Positions 23,251 to 32,000 of a stretch of 32,000 bases of DNA are shown here, piece after piece. How positions within the stretch are numbered: the stretch's first letter is position 1; every line of letters begins with the position of its first letter. The stretch spans positions 61,096 to 93,095 of the forward strand of contig NZ_BCZP01000022.1 of the NCBI RefSeq assembly GCF_001598795.1, read 5' to 3'. Made by a program: the position numbers and the translations under genes. The DNA comes from Delftia acidovorans NBRC 14950. GTDB lineage: Bacteria; Pseudomonadota; Gammaproteobacteria; Burkholderiales; Burkholderiaceae_C. The notes under the pieces are model-generated. The model did no database searches. It was not told the origin of the DNA and saw only the letters and a program-made list of their open reading frames with translations.

Positions 23251-23892
23251 ATGCTCAAGCTCTACGGTTTTTCCAGGGTCAATGCCGGCGCGCGCGGCCG
23301 CACGCGCGATCTGCGCGTGCTGTGGGCACTCGAAGAGATGCAGCTGCCCTTCGAGATCGCGGGCATGGACCATCCCGCGCACGACCTGAACACCGAGGCC
23401 TACCGCCGGCTCAGCCCCTTCGAGCAGATTCCGGCGCTGGACGATGACGGGCAGGTGATTTCGGAGTCGGCCGCCATCGTGCTGCATCTGGCCAGAAAGT
23501 GCGGCCGGCTGATGCCCTCCGATGCAACCGGCGAGGCACAGGTGCTGCGCTGGTGCTTTGCAGCCATGAACACGGTGGAGCCGCCGCTGCTCAGCCTGAT
23601 GGTTCTGGACTGGACGGCCGATGGCAGCTGCGGCAAGCACCGCGAATTCCTGGTGGGCTGGGCGCATCGCATGCTGGGCAACCTGGAGCGCTGGCTGGAC
23701 GGGCGCCGCTTCATTGCCACCGACGAATTCACGGTGGCCGACATCCTGATGGCGCATGTGCTCGCCTGCATCCCGGACCGCACGCTGACCGCGCCCTGCC
23801 CCGCCGTGGTGGCCTACCGCGACAGATGCCTGGCCCGGCCCGCCTGGCAGCGGACCCTGGCGGCCTACAACGCGCGGGTGGAGGCGGCGTAG
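23251..23892 (+). CDS. Glutathione S-transferase family protein
   Basis: Start at MLKLYGF. The N-terminal thioredoxin-like GST motif is FEQIPALDDDGQVISESAAIVLHLARK. The C-terminal domain is helical and contains FTVADILMAHVL. Confidence 0.88.
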   Translation: MLKLYGFSRVNAGARGRTRDLRVLWALEEMQLPFEIAGMDHPAHDLNTEAYRRLSPFEQIPALDDDGQVISESAAIVLHLARKCGRLMPSDATGEAQVLRWCFAAMNTVEPPLLSLMVLDWTADGSCGKHREFLVGWAHRMLGNLERWLDGRRFIATDEFTVADILMAHVLACIPDRTLTAPCPAVVAYRDRCLARPAWQRTLAAYNARVEAA

Positions 23893-23916
23893 CCGGGGCT
23901 CAGGGCTGCTCGGTGC

Positions 23917-25425
23917 TCAGGGCTGCTGGAAGGCCGCCACAGGCTGGGACTGCGGTGGCGGCGGCGGCGGCGCAGTCCAGCTGCCGCCCAGCACGCGGAA
24001 CAGCTGGGCCTGCGCCAACTGCCGCTGGGTCACGGTATCGATGTAGGCGCTTTCATTGGCGAAGGCGCTGCGCTGTGCGTCCAGGTAGCGCAGATGGTCG
24101 TCCACCCCCGCCTGGTAACGGGCCTGCGCCAGCCGCAGGCTTTCGCGGCTGCTGTCGCGCAGCGCCAGGCGCGCGGCTTCCTCGCGGCGCAGCGTGTCGG
24201 TGGCGGCAAGGGCATCGGCCACTTCGCGGAAGGCGGTCTGGATGGCCTGCTCGTAGGCGGCCACGGCCATGTCCTTGCGCAGCACGGCCAGGTCGAGGTT
24301 GGCGCGGTTGCGCCCCCCGTCGAAGAGGGGCAGCGTGACCTGGGGAGTGAACGACCAGGCGCGCTGGCCCGAGCGGAACAGGTCGGACAGATCGGCGCTG
24401 GACGATCCCAGGAACCCGGTGAGCGAGATGCGCGGGAAGAAGGCCGCGCGCGCCGCACCAATGTCCGCGCTGCGCGCGCGCAGCCGGTGCTCGGCCGCCT
24501 GGATGTCGGGGCGGTGGATGAGCAGTTCGGAAGGCGTGCCGGCCGACAGGTCCTGCAGCAGCATGGGCACGTCGGGCGACTTTGCCGACTGTGCAGACCC
24601 TGCGGCCTGTGCAGACCGTGCGGACTGTGCGGACAGGTACGGCCCCAGATCCTCCAAGCCCGTCAGCAGCAGCAGGGCGTTGCCGGCCTGGCGCAGCTCG
24701 CGTTCGCTGCGTTCCACGTCGGCGCGGGCCTGGGCGGCCAGGCCCAGGGCGTCCTGGTGATCCAGGGCGGTGGCCGTGCCCGCCTGGCGCCGCTGCGCAG
24801 TCAGGCGCAGCGAGGATTCACGGCTTTGCAGCGTGCGCTGCGCCAGTTGCAGCCGGCGCAGGCCCCCGTCGCGGGACAGGTAGGCCTGCACCACTTCGGC
24901 ACCCAGGCTGATGCGGGCGGCGCGCGCGGCCTCTTCGGTGGCCAGGTATTCGCCCAGGGCGGCTTCGGACAGGTTGCGCACGCGGCCGAACAGGTCCAGC
25001 TCGAAGGCGGCCAGCCCCAGGCCGGCCTGCCAACTGCCCTGCACCTGCGGCTGGCCCGTGGCATTCATGTCGCCCGGCAGGCGCTGGCGCGTGCCGCCGC
25101 CCTGCAGGCCCACGCCCGGCAGCCGGTCGGCGCGCTGCACCTGGTACAGGGCGCGTGCCGCCTCCACGTTGAGCAGGGTCTGGCGCAGATCGCGGTTGTG
25201 GGCCTGGGCCAGGTCCACCAGCTGGCGCAGCTGGCGGTCGGCGATGAAGCTGTTCCAGTCCAGCGTGGCCGCCGACGAGGACAGCACGGGCGCGGCATCC
25301 TGTTGCGGCCAGTGCGTGGGAATGGGCGCCTGCGGACGCTGGTGGACCGGGGCGAGGGAGCAGCCCGCCAGCACCAGGCTGGCGGCCAGCGCACACAGGG
25401 CGCGTGGGAAGAAGTGCATGGACAT
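23917..25425 (-). CDS. RND efflux outer-membrane factor lipoprotein (NodT/OprM family)
   Basis: The real start is MSMHFFPRALCALAASLVLAGCSL (lipobox LAGC) at 25425; the rest of tracked ORF 23917-27510 is out-of-frame junk across the RND gene. It has duplicated OEP repeats and the motif FFPRISLTGFLGSSS...TLPLFDGGRNRAN. Confidence 0.92.
   Translation of the reverse strand: MSMHFFPRALCALAASLVLAGCSLAPVHQRPQAPIPTHWPQQDAAPVLSSSAATLDWNSFIADRQLRQLVDLAQAHNRDLRQTLLNVEAARALYQVQRADRLPGVGLQGGGTRQRLPGDMNATGQPQVQGSWQAGLGLAAFELDLFGRVRNLSEAALGEYLATEEAARAARISLGAEVVQAYLSRDGGLRRLQLAQRTLQSRESSLRLTAQRRQAGTATALDHQDALGLAAQARADVERSERELRQAGNALLLLTGLEDLGPYLSAQSARSAQAAGSAQSAKSPDVPMLLQDLSAGTPSELLIHRPDIQAAEHRLRARSADIGAARAAFFPRISLTGFLGSSSADLSDLFRSGQRAWSFTPQVTLPLFDGGRNRANLDLAVLRKDMAVAAYEQAIQTAFREVADALAATDTLRREEAARLALRDSSRESLRLAQARYQAGVDDHLRYLDAQRSAFANESAYIDTVTQRQLAQAQLFRVLGGSWTAPPPPPPQSQPVAAFQQP
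24580..24633 (-). repeat. In-frame 18-bp imperfect tandem repeat x3 encoding SAQSAR-SAQAAG-SAQSAK inside the OMF gene
   Basis: Codon-by-codon reading of 24580-24633 on the minus strand gives three hexapeptide units. The DNA units are ctttgccgactgtgcaga, ccctgcggcctgtgcaga and ccgtgcggactgtgcgga. Confidence 0.85.
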
Positions 25426-25430
25426 GGCGC

Positions 25431-28400
25431 TTACTCGATGGGGGTTGCCGGGGCCTGCAGGGCAGGCGGGGTGCCGGCCGGCGCCTTGCGCCGGAACAGG
25501 GACAGCACCCAGACGAAGAAGACAGGAACGAACACCACCCCCAGCAGCGTGGCCGACAGCATGCCGCCGATCACGCCGAAGCCGATGGCGGCCTGGCTGG
25601 AGGCGCCCGCGCCCGAGGCCAGCGCCAGCGGCACCACGCCCAGGATGAAGGCCAGCGAGGTCATGACGATGGGCCGAAAGCGCAGCCGTGCCGCCTGCAG
25701 CGCGGCCTGCGCCAGGCTGTGCCCCTGCGCATGCAGGTCCCTGGCGAACTCCACGATCAGGATGGCGTTCTTGGCCGCCAGGCCGATGATGGTGATCAGG
25801 CCCACCTTGAAGTACACGTCGTTGGACAGGCCCACGGCCGAGGTGGCCAGCACCGATCCCAGCGCGCCGATGGGCACGATCAGCATCACGGCGGCGGGAA
25901 TGCTCCAGCTCTCGTACAGGGCTACGAGCAGCAGGAACACAACCACGATGGCCAGCGCGAACAGCTTGGGCGCCTGGGCACCGGCGGCTTTCTCCTGGAA
26001 GGACAGGGCCGTCCACTCGTAGCCTATGCCGCGCGGCATCTCGGCCATGATGCGTTCCAGCTCGGCCATGGCCTCGCCCGTGGTGTGGCCCGGCTTGGCG
26101 TCGCCCGAGATGCGGAAGGCCGGATAGCCGTTGTAGCGCGAGATCTGCACCGGCCCGCTTTCCCAGCGCACCGACGCGAAGGCCGACAGCGGCACCTGCT
26201 GCCCGCCAGCGTTGGGCACGTGCAGGCGCAGGATGTCCTCGGGCCGCGCGCGGGCCTGCGCATCGGCCTGCACCACCACGCGCTGCAGGCGGCCCGCGTT
26301 GGGGAACTCGTTGATCACGGCCGAGCCGTAGGCCGTGGACAGGGCCGTGTTGATGGCGCTGAAATCCACGCCCTGGGCCTGCGCCTTGCGCCGGTCGATG
26401 TCCAGCCGCAGCTGGGGCGCATCCTCCAGGTTTTCCATCATGGCGTAGGCAATGATGGGCGAGGCATTGGCCTTGGCCAGCAGCTGGTCGCGCGCGGCGA
26501 TCAGGGCCTCGCGGCCCAGGTTGGCGCGGTCCTGCAGGCGCAGCGCAAAGCCGCCGGAGTTGCCCAGGCCGTCGATGGGCGGCGGGTCCACGGCCATGAC
26601 GGTGCCGTCGGACAGGCGGGCAAAGCGCTGGTTGAAGGCCTGCACCTCGTCCCACGACGCCTGCCCGGCGCCGCGCACCGACCAGTCCTTGAGCGTGACG
26701 AAGGCCAGGGCCGCGTTCTGCCCCATGCCCGAGAAGCTGTAGCCCATCAGGAACTCGGCCTGGGCCGTGGCGGGGCGGCCCTGGATGTAGTCCTCCATGT
26801 CCTTGACCATGGCCTTGGTGCGCTCCGTGGTGGCGCCCGGCGGCAGCTGCACGCCGACGATGTAGTAGCCCATGTCCTCGTAGGGCACGAAGGATTCGGG
26901 CATGCGCGTGTACGCCACGCCCAGCCCGGCCACGATGGCGGCATACACCAGCATGCAGCGCCCGGCGCGGCGCACCAGCCGCTGGTTGAGCAGGTCGAAG
27001 CGCTCGGTCAGCGCCGCGAAGCGGCGGTTGAACCAGCCGAAGAAGCCCTTGCGCTCGGCGTGGTGGCCCTTGGCAATGGGCTTGAGCAGCGTGGCGCACA
27101 GCGCCGGCGTGAAGGTCAGCGCCAGCAGGCCCGAGAACAGGATGGACACGGCCAGCGACAGCGAGAACTGCCGGTAGATCACGCCCACCGAGCCGCTCAT
27201 GAAGGCCAGCGGCAGGAACACCGCCACCAGCACCAGGGTGATGCCGACGATGGCGCCCGAGACCTGCTGCATGGCCTTGACCGTGGCGGCCAGCGGGGAC
27301 AGCCCCTCCTCGGCCATGAGGCGCTCCACGTTCTCCACCACCACGATGGCGTCGTCCACGATGATGCCGATGGCCAGCACCATGCCGAACATGGTCATCA
27401 TGTTCACCGAAAAGCCCAGCGCATACATCACGCCCAGGGTGCCGGCCAGGCAGACGGGTACGACGATGGTGGGAATCAGCGTGTAGCGCAGGTTCTGCAG
27501 GAACAGCCACATCACCAGGAACACCAGCGCCACGGCCTCCACCAGGGTCTGGATGACCTTGCCGATGGCCACTTCCACGAAGCGCGAGGTGTCATAGGGC
27601 ACGGCGTACTGGATGCCGGCAGGGAAATTCTGCGACAGCTCGGCCAGGCGCGCCTTGACGGCCTTGGCGGTCTGCATGGCGTTGGCCCCGGGCGCCAGCT
27701 GCACGGCGGCGGCCACGCCCTGGCGGCCGTCCTCGCGCGAGGAAAAGCTGTAGTCCAGCTGGCCGACCTCCAGCCGCGCCACATCGGCCAGGCGCACGGC
27801 CGAGCCATCGGCCCTGGCACGCAGCACGATCTGGCCGAACTCCTCAGGCGAGGCCAGCGTGCCCTTGACGGCAATGGTGGCGCTCAGCTCCTGGCCAGGC
27901 CCTGCGGGCGAGGCGCCAAAGCTGCCGGCCGGCACCTGCGCGTTCTGGGCGGCGATGGCCGCGTTCACGTCCGCCACCGACAGGCCGTAGCCCAGCAGCT
28001 TGCCCGGATCGACCCAGACGCGCATGGCCACATCGGCCGCGAAGAACTGCACCTTGCCCACGCCGGGCACGCGGCGGATCTCGTTGTTGATGTTGCGCAC
28101 GGCGTAGTCGGACAGGGCCACCTCGCTGTTGCTGCTGCCGCCGCTGCCGTCCTTGTAGGTCAGCGAGTAGATCATCAGGAAGTTGGCGCTGGCCTGCTCG
28201 ACCTGCAGGCCCATCTGCATCACGGACGCGGGCAGGCGCGCCTCGGCCTTCTTGATGCGGTTTTGCACCTCCACCTGGGCCAGCGCGGGCTCGGTGCCCG
28301 GGGCGAAGGTGGCCGTGATCTCGGCCAGGCCCGTGGAGCCGCTGGAGGAGTCGAAGTACAGCAGCCCCTTGGTGCCGTTGAGCTCCTCCTCGATGACGCT

Positions 28401-28586
28401 GGTCACCGACTCCATCACCGTGGTGGCGGAGGCGCCCGGATAGTTGGCGGTGATCGAGATCTGCGGCGGCGCCACGTTGGGAAACTGGGAGACGGGCAGC
28501 GCCGGTATGGCCAGCAGCCCGGCGAGCATGATGAAGATGGCCACCACCCAGGCGAAGTTGGGGCGGTTGATGAAGAACTTGGACAT
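25431..28586 (-). CDS. RND multidrug efflux transporter permease (HAE1, AcrB/MexB-like)
   Basis: 1051 aa with the N-terminus MSKFFINRPNFAWVVAIFIMLAGLLAIPALPVSQFPNVAPPQISI. The protein shows the 12-TM, two-large-loop architecture. It lies 5 nt upstream of the OMF start. Confidence 0.96.
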   Translation of the reverse strand: MSKFFINRPNFAWVVAIFIMLAGLLAIPALPVSQFPNVAPPQISITANYPGASATTVMESVTSVIEEELNGTKGLLYFDSSSGSTGLAEITATFAPGTEPALAQVEVQNRIKKAEARLPASVMQMGLQVEQASANFLMIYSLTYKDGSGGSSNSEVALSDYAVRNINNEIRRVPGVGKVQFFAADVAMRVWVDPGKLLGYGLSVADVNAAIAAQNAQVPAGSFGASPAGPGQELSATIAVKGTLASPEEFGQIVLRARADGSAVRLADVARLEVGQLDYSFSSREDGRQGVAAAVQLAPGANAMQTAKAVKARLAELSQNFPAGIQYAVPYDTSRFVEVAIGKVIQTLVEAVALVFLVMWLFLQNLRYTLIPTIVVPVCLAGTLGVMYALGFSVNMMTMFGMVLAIGIIVDDAIVVVENVERLMAEEGLSPLAATVKAMQQVSGAIVGITLVLVAVFLPLAFMSGSVGVIYRQFSLSLAVSILFSGLLALTFTPALCATLLKPIAKGHHAERKGFFGWFNRRFAALTERFDLLNQRLVRRAGRCMLVYAAIVAGLGVAYTRMPESFVPYEDMGYYIVGVQLPPGATTERTKAMVKDMEDYIQGRPATAQAEFLMGYSFSGMGQNAALAFVTLKDWSVRGAGQASWDEVQAFNQRFARLSDGTVMAVDPPPIDGLGNSGGFALRLQDRANLGREALIAARDQLLAKANASPIIAYAMMENLEDAPQLRLDIDRRKAQAQGVDFSAINTALSTAYGSAVINEFPNAGRLQRVVVQADAQARARPEDILRLHVPNAGGQQVPLSAFASVRWESGPVQISRYNGYPAFRISGDAKPGHTTGEAMAELERIMAEMPRGIGYEWTALSFQEKAAGAQAPKLFALAIVVVFLLLVALYESWSIPAAVMLIVPIGALGSVLATSAVGLSNDVYFKVGLITIIGLAAKNAILIVEFARDLHAQGHSLAQAALQAARLRFRPIVMTSLAFILGVVPLALASGAGASSQAAIGFGVIGGMLSATLLGVVFVPVFFVWVLSLFRRKAPAGTPPALQAPATPIE

Positions 28587-28612
28587 GGTCTATTCCTTGG
28601 GCACGCGCCGGC

Positions 28613-29842
28613 TCAGTCGCTGGACGTGGCGGAGCTGCCGGAGGCGCTGAAGGTGCCGGACAGCCCCGCCGTAGGGGAGGCCGCGGCATCGGAAAGGGCC
28701 GTGACCTGAACCCGCGCCCCGGGCTGCAGGCCTGCCATGCGGCCCACCACCACGCGCTCGCCGCCCTTGAGGCCTGCGCTGATCTGCCACTGCGCGCCAT
28801 GCATGGCCGCGGTCTGCACGGGGCGCATCTGCAGCGTGTCCTGGCCATCCACCACCAGCACGTGGGCCTGCCCGTCGGTGCTGCGCTGCACGGCCCGCTG
28901 CGGCACCAGGATGGCGGCAGGGTCCACGCCCTGGCCTACGGTCACGCGCACATACATGCCGGGCAGCAGCATGCCGTCGCGGTTGTCGAAGCGCCCGCGC
29001 AGCGCCATCTGGCCCGTGCCGCGGTCCACCGTCACATCCGAGAACAGCAGCCGCCCCGTTCGCTGCAGGCCCGTGCCGTCCACTTTCAAGGAGACCGGCG
29101 TGCCGTCCTTGCCCGCCGTCTGTGCCAGGCGGCCCTCGGCCAGGGCCGCGCGCAGGCGCTGGGCTTCGGCCACGGGCTGCTGGAAGTCGGCATAGACCGG
29201 GTCGAGCTGCTGGACCAGCGCCATGGGCGTGGCCTCGCCCTGGCCCACCAGGGCGCCCTCGGTGACCAGCGCACGGCCGATGCGGCCCGCGATCGGCGCC
29301 CTGACCGTGGCGTATTCCAGGTTCAGGGCGGCCGCCTGCACCTCGGCCTGGGCGGACTGCCGCGCGGCCTGGGCCGCCTGCAGGCGGGCCTGCATGGCCT
29401 CGAAGTCCTGGCGGCTGACTGCCTCCTGCGCCACCAGCGGCGCGTTGCGGCCAACCACGGCACGCGCTTCGAGCAGGGCCGCCTCGGCGCTGGCCAGCTG
29501 GCCCTGGGCGCGGGACAGGGCGGCGCGCAGGGGCGCCGGGTCGATCTGGAACAGCACCTGGCCGGCCCGGACGTCGGCACCTTCCTCGAAATGGCGGCGC
29601 AGCACGATGCCGGCCACCCGCGCACGCACCTCGGCCACGCGCACGGGCTCGATACGGCCCGGCAGCTCGCTGGACAGGGCCAGCGGCGCGGCCTGCACGG
29701 TGACGGCCTGCACCACCGGCAGCGCGTCACCCGCTGCGGCCGGAGCCTCGTTGCGGCCGCAGCCCGCTGCCAGGGCGGCCAGGGCGGCCAGCACCAGGGC
29801 CGCCAGCGTCAGGCCACGTCGCTTGTTCAGACGCATGCTCAT
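28613..29842 (-). CDS. RND efflux membrane fusion (periplasmic adaptor) lipoprotein (AcrA/MexA-like)
   Basis: Start at MSMRLNKRRGLTLAALVLAALAALAAGCG (lipobox). It shows coiled-coil, lipoyl and beta-barrel segments typical of the MFP family, with a Ser-rich C-terminal tail. Confidence 0.9.
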   Translation of the reverse strand: MSMRLNKRRGLTLAALVLAALAALAAGCGRNEAPAAAGDALPVVQAVTVQAAPLALSSELPGRIEPVRVAEVRARVAGIVLRRHFEEGADVRAGQVLFQIDPAPLRAALSRAQGQLASAEAALLEARAVVGRNAPLVAQEAVSRQDFEAMQARLQAAQAARQSAQAEVQAAALNLEYATVRAPIAGRIGRALVTEGALVGQGEATPMALVQQLDPVYADFQQPVAEAQRLRAALAEGRLAQTAGKDGTPVSLKVDGTGLQRTGRLLFSDVTVDRGTGQMALRGRFDNRDGMLLPGMYVRVTVGQGVDPAAILVPQRAVQRSTDGQAHVLVVDGQDTLQMRPVQTAAMHGAQWQISAGLKGGERVVVGRMAGLQPGARVQVTALSDAAASPTAGLSGTFSASGSSATSSD

Positions 29843-29890
29843 GTTCACAACCTGATTGAGTTCGATACGAAGGCCGCGATGGTACATATC

Positions 29891-29926
29891 AGAATCAAAT
29901 GAGTCAACATCGATTCATTTGATTCT
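29891..29926. promoter_or_regulatory. Long inverted repeat between the efflux operon and tetR; candidate TetR operator
   Basis: agaatcaaatga (29891-29902) and tcatttgattct (29915-29926) are perfect complements. The repeat is extendable to 15-bp arms with one mismatch and a 6-nt spacer. It lies in the AT-rich 137-bp divergent region. Confidence 0.5.
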
Positions 29927-29979
29927 TTAAAACATCAACAGATAAAATCCATGCACTTTCCAAGGAGGCATGACAAGCG

Positions 29980-30546
29980 ATGACGAGCACCAAGCAAGAG
30001 GACGAAGGCAAGCTGCTGGGCGCACTGGCACTGGCGCTGCTGGACGATCCCAAGGCCAATCTGCAGGAGCTGGCACGCGCCATCGGCATCAGCAAGGCCA
30101 CGCTCTACCGCTTCTGCCCCACGCGCGACCAGCTCATCGACCGGCTCATCGGGCATGCGGCCGACACCCTGTCGCGCGCCATGCACGCGGCCGAGCTGGA
30201 GCGCCACGCGCCGCTGGAGGCGCTGCGCCGCCTCACCGCCCACTGCCAGGACCACCAGACGCTGCTGCTGTTCCTGATGTATTTCTGGCGCTCCGACATC
30301 TCGGTGGTCGGCCAGATAGAGAGCGAATGGGTGGCGGCCATGGATGCCTTTTTCCTGCGCGGCCAGCAGGCCGGCGTGTTCCGCATCGACATCACGGCCG
30401 CGGCCATGACCGAGCTGTGGCTTTCCATGGCCGTGGGCCTGCTGGATGCGGAACGGCGCGGCCGTGTTGCGCGGGCCAGCGTGGCGGCCGTGATGGAGCA
30501 GTCCTTCCTGCACGGCGCCCTGCAGCCCGGCGCACCAGCCGCGTAG
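29980..30546 (+). CDS. TetR/AcrR family transcriptional repressor, divergent from the RND operon
   Basis: 188 aa with the N-terminal HTH LQELARAIGISKATLYRFCPTRDQLIDRL. Its position divergent from the MFP gene is classical for efflux repressors. Confidence 0.88.
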   Translation: MTSTKQEDEGKLLGALALALLDDPKANLQELARAIGISKATLYRFCPTRDQLIDRLIGHAADTLSRAMHAAELERHAPLEALRRLTAHCQDHQTLLLFLMYFWRSDISVVGQIESEWVAAMDAFFLRGQQAGVFRIDITAAAMTELWLSMAVGLLDAERRGRVARASVAAVMEQSFLHGALQPGAPAA

Positions 30547-30662
30547 CGCGCCGGGCCGTCGGGAACTGGCCCACAATGTGCGCGATCTGCGCCAGAGGAG
30601 CTGGCTTGGCCGGCATTGCGCGTCCTGATACCCGCCCCATAACCGGAACTGGAAGAACAGCC

Positions 30663-30821
30663 ATGAGCCCCTTGAGCAACAACAAACGGATCGAAGAATT
30701 GAGCACGCAGGCCATCACGGCGTTTGACATGGAAACGCGCTTTCGCACGCTGGCTGCCAGTGGCGATACCAAGCAGGCACTGGACATACTGGCACGCCTG
30801 GACAGCCAGGATCCGCGTTGA
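30663..30821 (+). CDS. Small hypothetical protein (52 aa)
   Basis: MSPLSNNKRIEELSTQAITAFDMETRFRTLAASGDTKQALDILARLDSQDPR. The codons look coding-like, GGAAGA lies 7 nt upstream, and the stop is 12 nt before the LysR start. No homology evidence. Confidence 0.35.
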   Translation: MSPLSNNKRIEELSTQAITAFDMETRFRTLAASGDTKQALDILARLDSQDPR

Positions 30822-30833
30822 GGCCGAGGCTGC

Positions 30834-31748
30834 ATGCTCGAACGCACCCACCTTGCCATCGTCCGTGAAGTCGAAAAACAGGGCTCGCTGACGGTGGCGG
30901 CCGGCGTGCTGTGCGTGACACAGTCGGCGCTGAGCCACAGCATGAAGAAGCTGGAGCAGCAGCTGGGCACGGACATCTGGCTGCGCGAAGGCCGCAGCCT
31001 GCGCCTGACGCAGGCTGGCCAGTACCTGCTGGCCGTGGCCCAGCGCGTGCTGCCCCAGCTGGACCTGGCCGAGGAGCGGCTGCGCCAGTTCGCCCAGGGC
31101 GAGCGCGGCGCGCTGCGCATCGGCATGGAGTGCCATCCCTGCTACCAGTGGCTGCTCAAGATCGTCGCGCCCTATCTGGCGAGCTGGCCCGATGTGGATG
31201 TGGATGTGAAGCAGAAATTCCAGTTCGGCGGCATCGGCGCGCTGTTCGGCTACGAGATCGACCTGCTGGTCACGCCCGATCCGCTGTTCAAGACGGGCCT
31301 GGAGTTCGTGCCCGTGTTCGACTACGAGCAGGTGCTGGTGGTCTCCAGCGCGCATGCGCTGGCAGGGGCCGATTTCGTGGAAGCCGCCCAGCTCGCGCCC
31401 GAGGTGCTGATCACCTATCCCGTTCCCATGGACCGGCTGGACATCTACAACCAGTTCCTCATGCCGGCCGGCATCACGCCGCGCCGCCAGAAGGCCATAG
31501 AGACCACGGACATCATGATGCAGATGGTGGCCAGCGGCCGGGGCGTGGCGGCCCTGCCGCGCTGGCTGGTGCAGGAGTACGCGGGCAAGCTGGACGTGGT
31601 GCCCGTGCGCCTGGGCGCCAAGGGCATTGCCAAGCAGATCTTCCTGGGCGCGCGCGTGGCGGACCTGCAGACCGACTATCTGCAGGCCTTCATCGAGCTG
31701 GCGCGCCAGCCGCTGGCCGCTGGCACGCCCCCTGCTCAGGCTGCCTGA
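30834..31748 (+). CDS. LysR family transcriptional regulator, MetR-like
   Basis: 304 aa with the HTH GSLTVAAGVLCVTQSALSHSMKKLEQQLG. The body motifs RIGMECHPCYQWL, PVFDYE, LITYPVPMDRLD and MVASGRGVAALPRWL parallel my memory of E. coli MetR (RIAIECHSCIQWL, PMFDYE, LIYPV). Confidence 0.85.
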   Translation: MLERTHLAIVREVEKQGSLTVAAGVLCVTQSALSHSMKKLEQQLGTDIWLREGRSLRLTQAGQYLLAVAQRVLPQLDLAEERLRQFAQGERGALRIGMECHPCYQWLLKIVAPYLASWPDVDVDVKQKFQFGGIGALFGYEIDLLVTPDPLFKTGLEFVPVFDYEQVLVVSSAHALAGADFVEAAQLAPEVLITYPVPMDRLDIYNQFLMPAGITPRRQKAIETTDIMMQMVASGRGVAALPRWLVQEYAGKLDVVPVRLGAKGIAKQIFLGARVADLQTDYLQAFIELARQPLAAGTPPAQAA

Positions 31749-32000
31749 GCCTGCGCCAGGAAGTCCTGCGCAAAGCGCTGCAACACGCCGCCCGCCTCGT
31801 AGACCGATACCTCCTCGGCCGTGTCCAGCCGGCAGGTCACGGGCACGCGCAGCGTCTGGCCGTTGCGGCGTTCAATCACCAGAGTGAGTTGGGTGCCCGG
31901 CGTGCGCTCGCCTTCCACGCCATAGACCTCCGTGCCGTCCAGCCCCAGGGTCTTGCGGTCGGTGCCCGGCACGAACTGCAGCGGCAGCACGCCCATGCCG
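31736..32000 (-). CDS. Aconitate hydratase family protein (AcnA/AcnD type), C-terminal fragment; the gene continues beyond the window
   Basis: GMGVLPLQFVPGTDRKTLGLDGTEVY...RLDTAEEVSVYEAGGVLQRFAQDFL matches the conserved C-terminal swivel domain of monomeric aconitases. The Met at 31996 is internal. It overlaps the LysR gene convergently by 13 nt. Confidence 0.85.
   Translation of the reverse strand, partial: GMGVLPLQFVPGTDRKTLGLDGTEVYGVEGERTPGTQLTLVIERRNGQTLRVPVTCRLDTAEEVSVYEAGGVLQRFAQDFLAQAQAA

Noticed and set aside
25426-27510. Upstream two-thirds of tracked ORF 23917-27510, which would make a 1197-aa protein
   Set aside because: This part runs out of frame through the RND gene and translates as Pro/Gly/Arg junk. 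The OMF lipoprotein signal peptide and lipobox begin at the internal Met at 25425, 5 nt after the RND stop.
25404-28709. 1101-aa plus-strand ORF opposite the RND transporter
   Set aside because: It is antisense to an unmistakable AcrB-like gene, and the translation is Gly/Arg/His/Ala-rich without domains.

Overview
High-G+C chromosomal segment. By gene content and protein style it looks betaproteobacterial, possibly Comamonadaceae-like; that placement is inference only. All calls come from reading the ORF translations against remembered family motifs, with no database search.

Gene content, left to right:
- An IlvD/Edd-type sugar-acid dehydratase with a GntR regulator.
- An AraC regulator divergent from a PPOX-type flavoprotein.
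- A small hypothetical gene, then a TonB-dependent receptor with a weak Fur-box-like site.
- An MgtC-family protein and a ClC chloride channel.
- A DHCW-type cupin.
- A nine-gene oxygen-dependent cobalamin cluster: cobG-H-I-J and cobL-E-M-F on the minus strand, with cobK embedded on the opposite strand.
- A methyl-accepting chemotaxis protein followed by an orphan FecR-like sensor.
- A lambda-CI-like repressor divergent from an unknown 234-aa ORF.
- A DsbC/G-like oxidoreductase and a glutathione S-transferase.
- A TetR-controlled RND efflux operon (MFP-RND-OMF).
- A 52-aa ORF, a MetR-like LysR regulator, and the 3' end of an aconitase.

The most interesting locus is 20894-22379. It looks like an isolated lambda-type immunity switch with no other phage genes nearby. 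The CI-like repressor has Ala at both the nucleophilic Ser position and the Gly of the Ala-Gly self-cleavage site. A 70-bp intergenic region holds three TAGC-N3-GCTA palindromes. The divergent gene encodes a Trp/Arg-rich protein I cannot assign to any family.

Many long ORFs in the six-frame track are antisense or out-of-frame artefacts of the high G+C content and were rejected. I saw no rRNA, tRNA, CRISPR array or IS element.
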